From: Andalucia godoyi And28
Taxonomy: Eukaryota > Protista > Jakobida
NCBI GenBank assembly: GCA_009859145.1
Contig: VRVR01000053.1
Location: 62,001-126,000, forward strand
Direction of reading: 5' to 3'
DNA length: 64,000 bases
Position 1 is the stretch's first letter. Every line of letters starts with the position of its first letter. The translations under genes were made by a program, and so were the position numbers. The notes beneath the pieces are model-generated. The model searched no databases. It worked only from the letters and a program-made list of their open reading frames with translations, and was not told the DNA's origin. Shown in pieces: positions 1 through 9,200 of this stretch.

Positions 1-236
1 CACGCATCCTCGCAGGACGCTACCTCTGGTACTTGCCGGTGCTCGACGGTGAATCAGGAGGTTATCACCAGTGTGCGTCTGTCTGTCGAATTTTTTTAAT
101 TTTTAATTTTTTTTTGTGGAACTGGAGCGAGCAAAAAGTTTACGTCGGACATCTTCACCATCATCATCGTCGTCGTCGCCCCCGGTAGCATGCACGGAAA
201 CAAGAGCCAAGTACACCTCACGCTGCATCAACGATC

Positions 237-3191
237 TCAGATGCATGACACTGCAACGGCCTGGGAGACAGACACCAAATCTGCCATGCAGACTTGCCGA
301 ACGGTATGAGAAGTGCGATTGGCTGCTCGCGCCGCAGCACGCACCACAGCATGGTAGATCTTTCGAGGAGTAAACTCAAAAGTGGACCCGAGTTCAGCGA
401 AATCAACGTCTTCGGAGAGAGGAAGGAGCTTCGGCGTCAATGCTCGGAACAGTTTTGACCGCGTCGTCGCATCAGGAGTCGAAAACTTGACGATATGTTG
501 GAATACATGGGTAAGGGAGGTCGAGTCAAATGCGTCAGAGTAAGTGCAGACGATGATTCCCGTGTGGCCGATCATCTCCTTGATAAGCCGAGACGTCAGC
601 AAATCGCGATCGACATCCTCAAAAACAACCATTGTTTGCGCAGACGAAGCATAGGCTAAAATGCCTCGCAGTGTCTGCTGATCATGAATCGACAGCGCTG
701 GAACAAAATGAACAGACAGGCCGAGATCAAATGCCATCGCAGCTGCGGCAGACCGCTTTCCAACTCCAGGCACTCCAAGAAGTAAAGCTGCGGTCCGAAA
801 AGCCCCCGTCGCGTTCTTGGATTCCGCTGCACAGTACACTACCTCTGAAAGAGAGTTGTGCACATCAGCAGAGAGAACCAGGGTCTCCACGCCGCCCCGT
901 GGAACCACGAAGCGAACCGCGTCTCCCATAAACGCGGCATAGCCTCCAATGGCCTTCTTCAATTGTGCAGACGCGGAATCATGCAAGTCAGAAGCGGTAA
1001 GCAAGATGCTGGAACGGGCATCGTCTCTGCAGCGGCCAAACGCTTCTGCGACGGCCAACGACATTGCATTTCGGATCAGGCCGCCCGTCAACTCGAACTG
1101 GACCGCGAGTGCACCGAAATCAACATCATTGTTCAGCGTGACAAAATCTGGGACATGAATCTTCCATATTTCTGAGCGGAGCTCTGCATTCGGGACCACA
1201 AACTCTTGCGTCATCGTGATTCGACGATGCAACGCCTCGTCAAGATCGTAGGATCTGTTCGTAGCCAAGATGCAGACTCCGTGGAACTTCTCCAAGTAGA
1301 TCAGAAATTCGTTGATCAGTCTATTACCTTTGCTGCGACTATGGAAAAGATCATCGCATTCATCAAAGAAGATGAAAGCATCCTTGAGATACGCTTCACG
1401 AAACACCAACTGGATGGCGTCTACCGAGAACATCCGAGAAGCTACTTTCAGAGCCATTAGAGTCGGCATATCCAGGTGCAACAACATCTTTCCGAAATGG
1501 TTCGCAAGACCCTTGGAAAACATGGTTTTGCCAGTGCCGCTTGGGCCATGCAACAGCAACACAAAACTGGAGCTCATCAGAGTTTTCACGCCACTTTTTG
1601 CAGAAAACGATTGGTATCCCAAGAAATCTCGAACTCTGTGCACCATTCGATCCTTCATCGCCGGAGGCAAGATCACTCGATCCAGGTTCTCGGTTGGAAT
1701 CGACATGGAAGAACCTTCGACCAAATTGGAAAGGGAAGAATCGACACCGAGAAAGAAGTCGAGCATTCGCTGATCCATGAAGAACGAGGATGCAGAGAAC
1801 AGCCCACCAGCAGAAACAACCTTTATGAGACCGCTGGAGACAAGCGGCGCAGAGCGGAAGAACCGGGATATCATTTCCACTTGCATCATCAACGATTCTC
1901 CACAGTACAGCTGCACCATGCTACGAATGTTGCTAGGAAAGCTGCCCGCCATGTTAGCTCCGGCATCGTATCGCAACGACGAACCAATGCACACAGCCAA
2001 AACCATTCGCTCGAACTTGGAAAGACCCTGAGAGGAACAAACGCGCTCAAAGCGAGGAAGCAGCACGTTTCGAGCTCTACACTGGTCCAACTTCATACGA
2101 ATTCGGTTGTCCGCTGAAGCCGCTTTGGAAACATACTGCTGATGAGACTTGATCGTTTCTGGATCGCAGTTTGGCATTCCTACCGAAGGATTAAGCATGG
2201 AACCTGCACATGTGTTGAATATCCAGTCCAACAAGTCCGCGATGAATTCCAGATCCGTGGCGTAAACGTCGTCAGAGCCGCCTCGCATCTCGTCGGTTTT
2301 CGAAGTGGACTCTGCCGCAGTTGCAACAACAGTTGTTGCTGCTTCTTTCTCTGTATCCAGCAGACCGCGGATCATGTCCATCGCGCGAGACTCTGTCTGC
2401 TCTTCAAACGCGGCATCCATCTGTTTTTCATCCTTGATTTCACGGTACGCAGCCTCCAGTTCCTGCTCAAGCACAATATCGTCATCCCCGACGCCTTCTT
2501 CGCGGAGCAAGACGCGCAAGACGCTGTCCTTGTGAAACCGGTACATTGTCGATGCACTGATCGAAGCACCCCAGAAGAACTCTGCATGCACGACAGATTC
2601 CAAAAACCACAGTGATCGCTCCACCATCAGAATTCGCTCCTTGACAATTTTCCGGTCTGCACGTCTGGACTCTGCGATGTCCTCTTCTGTAAAGTCACAG
2701 ACCGCCAGCAGCACCGCATAGCTGCGAGTGTTGATGTTCGTAGTGCTGAACGCACAGCGAAGCAAATCTGCCTCCTTTGCAGACAGATCCAGCAGAGCGA
2801 TTGCACGTTCGATTCGCGGTGGTGTTTTGCAGACTGCATTCTCGTCCGCGACGCGCAGCTTTGCTTGCGCAATCTCTTTCAACTTCTGCGTGCATCGGTC
2901 CAGCAAACCTGCGACCTTGCGTGCAAACTCAACTTTCTGGACGTTGAAGCCGTGCGACAGATCCACAGAATGCAGCATCGACACGGCAGTCGTCAGCTGC
3001 GACCGACAAGAGTACGAGTCGCAGCGGCAAGAATACATTGCCTCGAGGACGTTCATGTACTCCACATCGCTCGCAAAGGGGGCATCAACAGGCAAGGCCA
3101 GCAGAACAGCAAGTCTGCTCGACAGCAAGTACGCTTCCGACTCGCAGAATCCTGAGCTCTTGAGAATCTCAACAACCACCGGATGATCCAT
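237..3191 (-). CDS. Tandem AAA+ ATPase with a winged-helix-like segment before AAA1 (resembles Afp15/Pvc15-type AAA ATPases), ~984 aa
   Basis: First ATG of the long ORF is at 3191 (MDHPVV). AAA1 has Walker A GPSGTGKT, Walker B FIFFDE and ATNR/LDEALHRR sensor and Arg-finger motifs. AAA2 is degenerate (GVPGVGKR, VVFEDVD). The upstream part of the ORF-track call runs through low-complexity intergenic DNA. Confidence 0.85.
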   Translation of the reverse strand: MDHPVVVEILKSSGFCESEAYLLSSRLAVLLALPVDAPFASDVEYMNVLEAMYSCRCDSYSCRSQLTTAVSMLHSVDLSHGFNVQKVEFARKVAGLLDRCTQKLKEIAQAKLRVADENAVCKTPPRIERAIALLDLSAKEADLLRCAFSTTNINTRSYAVLLAVCDFTEEDIAESRRADRKIVKERILMVERSLWFLESVVHAEFFWGASISASTMYRFHKDSVLRVLLREEGVGDDDIVLEQELEAAYREIKDEKQMDAAFEEQTESRAMDMIRGLLDTEKEAATTVVATAAESTSKTDEMRGGSDDVYATDLEFIADLLDWIFNTCAGSMLNPSVGMPNCDPETIKSHQQYVSKAASADNRIRMKLDQCRARNVLLPRFERVCSSQGLSKFERMVLAVCIGSSLRYDAGANMAGSFPSNIRSMVQLYCGESLMMQVEMISRFFRSAPLVSSGLIKVVSAGGLFSASSFFMDQRMLDFFLGVDSSLSNLVEGSSMSIPTENLDRVILPPAMKDRMVHRVRDFLGYQSFSAKSGVKTLMSSSFVLLLHGPSGTGKTMFSKGLANHFGKMLLHLDMPTLMALKVASRMFSVDAIQLVFREAYLKDAFIFFDECDDLFHSRSKGNRLINEFLIYLEKFHGVCILATNRSYDLDEALHRRITMTQEFVVPNAELRSEIWKIHVPDFVTLNNDVDFGALAVQFELTGGLIRNAMSLAVAEAFGRCRDDARSSILLTASDLHDSASAQLKKAIGGYAAFMGDAVRFVVPRGGVETLVLSADVHNSLSEVVYCAAESKNATGAFRTAALLLGVPGVGKRSAAAAMAFDLGLSVHFVPALSIHDQQTLRGILAYASSAQTMVVFEDVDRDLLTSRLIKEMIGHTGIIVCTYSDAFDSTSLTHVFQHIVKFSTPDATTRSKLFRALTPKLLPLSEDVDFAELGSTFEFTPRKIYHAVVRAAARAANRTSHTVRQVCMADLVSVSQAVAVSCI

Positions 3192-3512
3192 TGCTTGACA
3201 CCTCGCAGTTTGGATTTGGAGGAGTGGGGAAAAAACGGCGATGAGAGAAAAACGAACACTGTGCACAAACAACGACAACAGCAGCAACAGCAGCAACAAC
3301 AACAATGAACACCCAAAAGAAGAGAAAACAAGAAGGAAAAAACCAGAAGGAAAGAAAAAAGGCGTTGACGCCGTCTTTTTTCTGTCAAAGTCCTGAAACT
3401 CCCGACAAAAAGTAAACGCAAAGGGAACCCGAATCTCGAATCTCCCGACTTTCCCCAATTCCGCAACCAATTGGAGCCGATTTGAGCACCTCGAAAAAAG
3501 GGGAAGGGAGGG

Positions 3513-3518
3513 AAAAAA
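3513..3518 (-). terminator. RNA polymerase III terminator (T6) of the tRNA-Lys gene
   Basis: TTTTTT on the minus strand, starting 5 nt downstream of the tRNA discriminator base. Confidence 0.75.
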
Positions 3519-3522
3519 GTAG

Positions 3523-3595
3523 CACCCAATGTGGGGGTCGAACCCACGACCCTGAGATTAAGAGTCTCATGCTCTACCGACTGAGCTAACCGGGT
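3523..3595 (-). tRNA. tRNA-Lys(CTT): tRNA-Lys (anticodon CUU), 73 nt, intronless
   Basis: Reverse complement is ACCCGGTTAGCTCAGTCGGTAGAGCATGAGACTCTTAATCTCAGGGTCGTGGGTTCGACCCCCACATTGGGTG. It forms a full cloverleaf with A box, B box (GGTTCGA) and CTT anticodon, and closely matches the canonical eukaryotic tRNA-Lys(CUU). Confidence 0.98.
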
Positions 3596-3790
3596 GACAG
3601 CGAAAGGACGACCTTGCGCGTATCCTCAAAACCATAATCCACTTGAGGAGGTTCCCATCACTTCGCGTTTTCCTGCGTGAAAATCAATGAAGTGAAAGTG
3701 CTCAGCTCAGCTCAGTGTTTTCGTTTCTCTCTCTTTTCTCTTTTCTGCTTTCTGCTTTCTTTCTTCCATTCTTTTTCGTCTTCTTCTTCT

Positions 3791-3794
<4 letters not shown>

Positions 3795-3884
<90 letters not shown>
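3795..3884. repeat. (CT)~45 microsatellite between tRNA-Lys and LysRS
   Basis: Uninterrupted CT dinucleotide run, preceded by (TTC)n. Confidence 0.97.
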
Positions 3885-3889
<5 letters not shown>

Positions 3890-3980
3890 CCTCTTTTGGA
3901 ATAAATCACGTATCTTGGCTACTTTGTGTTGTTTTTATTGTTGTCTATTGCTATTTGTATAAATCCTGTTGTACGCCACC

Positions 3981-5951
3981 ATGACCACGCTGAACGCTGA
4001 GTCACTGTCGTCTGCGCTGACGGTGCTTCTACCTGCCTTGGAGCAGGAGCCGATCAAGTCTCTGAAGGACGAAAAGTCGAACATTTCTCATGTTTTGTCT
4101 CTTGTTCCTGCTGATGTGCTTTCCGCAGCTCATGTGGCAGCCTCAGATGCACCTGCGTTTGCGGATGCCTTGAAGACGAATTTTTCGGCGATTGAAGAGC
4201 TCGCAACGGACTTTTATCTGAAGCTTGGAATTAATCCGGAGACGCATCTGGCTTTCGAGTCCAAGAATGGCTGGAAGAAGGCGATCAAGGACAACGAGAC
4301 TGCAAAGAAGAAGAAGGCAACTGCAGCCGCAACTGCGGCCGTTGCCAAGGGAAAGGGCACGGGCAAAGACGCGGCCGCCGCAGAAGCCGAAGAGGAGCTT
4401 GATCCGTCCAAGTATCTGGAGAATCGCCGCAAGATGGTGGCAGACTGGAAGGCTTCCGAGGTTGTGAATCCGTACCCCCACAAGTTCGAGGTTGAGCTTG
4501 GAATCCCCGAGTACGTTGCTCGCTATGGCCCGACGCTTGTGGACGGACAGCGATTGAATGACACTGTGGTCCGAGTTGCTGGACGTGTGCACACGATCCG
4601 TGCATCTGGCTCGAAGCTGGTGTTCTACGACTTGCACCAGGGAGGCGAAAAGGTTCAGGTTCTTGCAGATGCATCTGTGTACGACCCATCCGTGGACTTT
4701 GCTCATGAACACTCGATTTTCCGCCGAGGAGACATTGTCGGCGTCGTTGGACATCCCGCAAAGTCGAAGCGTGGCGAGCTTTCCATTGTGCCGATTCGTC
4801 TGACGCTGCTTGCCCCGTGCTTGCATATGTTCCCCTCGGAGCACTATGGAGTCCGCGATCCCGAGACGCGTTTCCGCCAGAGATACCTGGATTTGATGTT
4901 CAACAAGGACGTTCGCGAAGTCTTCCGTCGCCGCGCACTGATCATCCGTCACATTCGTGAGTTCTTGGACGACCGTGGCTTCCTGGAGGTCGAAACCCCC
5001 ATGATGAACATGATTCCTGGTGGCGCTGCTGCCCGTCCGTTTGTGACTCATCATAACGATCTCAGTTTGGACATGTTTATGCGTATTGCGCCCGAACTGT
5101 ATCTCAAGCAACTTGTGATTGGTGGTTTGGATCGTGTGTACGAACTTGGTCGACAGTTCCGTAATGAGGGAATCGATCTGACCCACAATCCGGAGTTCAC
5201 AACTTGCGAGTTCTACATGGCCTATGCAGACTATAACGATCTCATGACGATGACAGAGCAGCTGATTTCGTCGATGGTTCTGCGCGTTTGTGGATCGTAC
5301 AAGATTAAGTACACTCTTCACGACCACGCTGGCTCTGAATCGGCCACTGCTGCGGAGCCCAAGGTGATTGAAATTGATTTCACACCGCCGTTCCGACGTG
5401 TTTCCATGGTGTCCGAGCTTGAAAGATGTCTCGGAATCAAGCTTCCTAGCGATTTGGAATCTTCCGAGTTCCACCAACTTCTCAAGGATTCTGCAAAGAA
5501 GCACAATGTGAACTGCCCTGAGCCTCGCACCGTCGCCCGCCTGTTGGACAAGCTTGCTGGACACTTTATCGAGCCGACTTGCGTTAATCCCACTTTCTTG
5601 ATTGATCATCCTGTGTCTTTGAGTCCTCTGGCAAAGGTGCATCGATCTCACCCACAGCTCACGGAGCGCTTTGAACTGTTTGTGTGTGAGAAGGAAATTT
5701 GCAACGCCTACACTGAGTTGAATGATCCGGCTGTGCAGAGATCTCGTTTCGAGTCCCAGGCCACTGCCAAGGCCCAAGGAGACGATGAAGCCCAGATGCT
5801 GGACGAAGGCTTCTGCACTGCGCTCGAGTATGCTCTTCCTCCGACTGCTGGCTGGGGCATGGGTATCGATCGTATGACCATGTTCTTATCTGACAAGAAT
5901 AACATCAAGGAAGTTCTGCTGTTCCCTGCAATGGCTCCGCAAGACAACTGA
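3981..5951 (+). CDS. KARS1: Lysyl-tRNA synthetase, class II, cytosolic type (656 aa)
   Basis: ATG in GCCACCATG context. OB anticodon-binding domain ([20 protein letters not shown]), motif 1 (FLEVETPMM), motif 2 ([15 protein letters not shown]) and motif 3 (GWGMGIDR). Confidence 0.98.
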   Translation: MTTLNAESLSSALTVLLPALEQEPIKSLKDEKSNISHVLSLVPADVLSAAHVAASDAPAFADALKTNFSAIEELATDFYLKLGINPETHLAFESKNGWKKAIKDNETAKKKKATAAATAAVAKGKGTGKDAAAAEAEEELDPSKYLENRRKMVADWKASEVVNPYPHKFEVELGIPEYVARYGPTLVDGQRLNDTVVRVAGRVHTIRASGSKLVFYDLHQGGEKVQVLADASVYDPSVDFAHEHSIFRRGDIVGVVGHPAKSKRGELSIVPIRLTLLAPCLHMFPSEHYGVRDPETRFRQRYLDLMFNKDVREVFRRRALIIRHIREFLDDRGFLEVETPMMNMIPGGAAARPFVTHHNDLSLDMFMRIAPELYLKQLVIGGLDRVYELGRQFRNEGIDLTHNPEFTTCEFYMAYADYNDLMTMTEQLISSMVLRVCGSYKIKYTLHDHAGSESATAAEPKVIEIDFTPPFRRVSMVSELERCLGIKLPSDLESSEFHQLLKDSAKKHNVNCPEPRTVARLLDKLAGHFIEPTCVNPTFLIDHPVSLSPLAKVHRSHPQLTERFELFVCEKEICNAYTELNDPAVQRSRFESQATAKAQGDDEAQMLDEGFCTALEYALPPTAGWGMGIDRMTMFLSDKNNIKEVLLFPAMAPQDN

Positions 5952-6208
5952 GGTCAACTGTGCTCGAGACTTTGAAAGCAGTTTCAGAGTGCTGTTTTTG
6001 TTCACACTGTGTATGTTTGCAAAGAATGAAGTTGCTGTCAACGTTTTCTTCTTTCCCCACCCCTTCTGCTCCCAATTTTTTCATTTTGTCCCTGTCGCTG
6101 GTGGTTCGTTTGTTGGTTTTGAGAGTCTTTCATGTTTTTCACATCTTACATTTATAATTATTATCTTTCGACGTAATTGCGTTGGACGATCAACAGTCAA
6201 ACACGCAA

Positions 6209-9200
6209 TCACGCGGCAGATGACGACCACTCCTGCAACGCTGCCTCCAGCTCGGCGTCCAGGCCAGGCCATTCTTCCAGAACGCGTTTGGCATTCGTAA
6301 TTTTGTTTTCTTTGGTCTTGGGATTGTTGCACAAATCAATGGTCTTCGCCGTTGCCTTTGAACGATCGTCGCACCACGATTCACACCATAACCAATCCTG
6401 CTGCAAAGAATGAATCGGGACGGAATGTTGCGCATAATTCGGCAAATCTTGATCAAGGTTCGACAACGAGTTGGGGTCGCGAGAAAGCTCCGAAAAGATG
6501 GAACGCAACTGATCCCCAGCACGCAAATTTCTGAATGCCGTCAAATCCACCAATGACAGCGCCGAAATATGATATGGTCTGCCTCCAAGATGCCCTCTCC
6601 AATAGCCTCCTTCCTGTTTCCAGAAACGATAACCTTCTTGCTCGGTTCGAGAATCGCAAAACGGTGTGTAAGCATAAGGATGCCTGTCGCGCAGCTTCAT
6701 GTAGTAAAGATCGCTCATATCTGTTCTTGCAATCTGGTCGTTGTCCAAGATCATAATACGGTCCAGCTTGTGAACAACTTTGGACGAACCGTTCGGAAAC
6801 GCCACCGGAGGAAACAGCACATCAGTAAACAAAATCTTATACGCCCACAATACTCGCTGCTTCTCAGCGGGCCTCGGCAAGAACGTTCGAGCAGACGGCC
6901 ACTGGTAGTTGACAAATGAGTACGAAAAGTTGTACTTGGATGCCAAAAACGGAATGGAACTGCGAAAGTGCGGTGACAAAAAGGATTCAAGAAAATAGAA
7001 TTCCACGTGTGAGCAGGTGTTGCGCAAGACTGACAGCATCATGATGCGCAATAGTCGCTCATACATTGCTCCCGATGAAACTGAAAATATGCGGATCGGA
7101 CTGCAAGGATCTACCTTCAAAAGAGTGTCATGTTTTGGAAGCAGCTTCGAGAAGAACGATGACAAGGAAAATCCATGGGAAGCCTCAGTCGCTTCAGCAA
7201 TCTTACTCGCAGGTTGCTCCGATGGGCGAGTGGTCTCCTCTGCATCCACGATAAATCCTCGTGGAAGGAGGGATCGCACGAACATGTGGATTTGATTGGT
7301 TTTGGGCACAAACGAAAACGTGTCATCTCGCGAGGAAAACATCGGTGTAAATGAATGATACTCCAAGTTGGGAGACACGAGTATCGTCGGAAATGGTCTG
7401 ACGTGGAACTGGAGGTATCCGCCATTGGACATCGTATAGAATCCGCGACTGTTCGCGGATGTCTCGACACTCGATGCAACCGACGTTTCCACAACGTACG
7501 TCACCATGTCCTCCATCGACAGCGAGGACTGCGTGGCGTATGGCAACAACCCCACGAAACCACGGCCATGATCATCGCCTTTCCTGAATATGTGAGATTC
7601 CACAACCAGTTTGTGGACCTCGAAAATTGCTTGCAAATGCGGTGTCCGCTGCGGCGCAACATTGTCGAGGTCGGAATTTGCGTCAAGCGATCGAACTAGA
7701 AAAGCATGAGGGGGGTCAAAGAATGTGGAGTACACGCCCAGAGGAACGGCATGGGAGATGCAAATAGGACTAGCAGGGTTTCGTAAAGACATCCTGTAGT
7801 AGAACAGATCTTTCCTGTTCAAAGACTGGATTCGAGCCCGCAGATGGAAGGATACCAAGGCATCACCCTTGAAAGCATCTCTTACAAAGGATGCCATGAG
7901 AGCGGCCTTTGGGGCATGCTCAGACAGTGGATTGACATTCACTCGAATGCGAAGCCATGAATCCGCCGAACCCGTGGTGAAAGAGAAACGGTCCTGACTG
8001 TCAAACGAGTGATGCTGTCGCCGGCCGTACCCGACAGGAGAGAATGCGGAAGACGAAAACAGGGAAGAACAGAACGCAAAATTCAAACCGGCCACAGGCT
8101 GATCGACCACCCGAGCAAGGGGATCCAATCGATGTCTCCACTCGTACATGAAGAAAGTCTCCAATCCTCGAGCAGAATATGCAGGGATATCATCGAGCAC
8201 AAGAACACGACCGTTGAGCCAAACTAGGTTTTTTGACGCATATGTACGGGACAGACCGAGAGCACTTAGAACTGCTGAAGATGCTGAAAAGGGGACTGAA
8301 GTCAGACTCAAGTGGTACGTGGAAAACATGGCAATGGCACTCTCCACAGTTCTGCGGACCTCGGGCGCGCTGTCGTTATATATGAGAACAACAGGAACTG
8401 AATCGGTGAGATCTTCTTCCGAAAAGACACCAGCAAACCTCTGGAAGTCTGGCGGAGATACATAATGCCACTGCGGATCCACAAACAACCATTTCACATG
8501 CGACGCGAAAAGAATGTGGCTTCTCTCCAGAATCTCCACGTCAATGGAGTGAGCACTAGAATCCCGTTCTTTGTCCCGAATTTCCCCATTACGTAGTCTT
8601 TCTTGCAAGTGCTGCCACTCATAAGCAAGGAAACGAGGGAAATACATCGAAAAGCGATGCATAGGTGGAGGTAAAATATAAAGAAGCCCATTAAGATTGA
8701 GAATTAGTGGGGTCTCATTTGATGGACCGTAACCTTGCTGTTGCAAGTCGGTCAGGGCGCCCTGCATTCGCATCGAAACGTCCTTCACATACATGCTGGT
8801 CATGGACGACAGAACATCCTGCAGTTTGCTCTCATTTGCAAATCCTCGTAAAAGCCGATTCATAACCTCCTCCGCATTCCCAATGGCAGCATAAAACTTT
8901 TTCTCTGCAGCAGCAAGCTTCCCAAATGTCTCCGCGTTGTGTTCTTGGTCAGAAAATATGCCAGCAGTCAACTCCTCAGCAATCGAAGACAGCAAGATCC
9001 GCTTCAACGATTCGCAGAGATGATTCAGCGCATCAATGCCGCCTTCCTTGAAAGATCGGAAGAAAAACGCTCGAATTCGCTGCCTTGCAGAAAATGACCT
9101 GTGCATCGTATCACCAAGCACTTGTTGCTCGCCTTGAACGCCAATTTCGATAGAATTCTCGAGCTCTGCAGACGAAGACGGCACTTCCGAGTCGTAAAAC

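Noticed and set aside
100-250. Alternative minus-strand frame reading ...GGDDDDDDGEDVRRKLF... after the AAA stop
   Set aside because: The acidic run comes from a trinucleotide microsatellite, the AAA protein already ends plausibly, and there is no splice evidence.
3192-3470. 93-aa N-terminal extension of the AAA ORF in the ORF track
   Set aside because: Non-ATG start running through poly-Leu/Phe low-complexity intergenic DNA up to the tRNA terminator region. The real start is most likely ATG 3191.
4143-5777. 544-aa antisense ORF over LysRS, and many other antisense or overlapping ORFs
   Set aside because: These are shadow frames of well-supported genes caused by codon bias, with no recognisable motifs.
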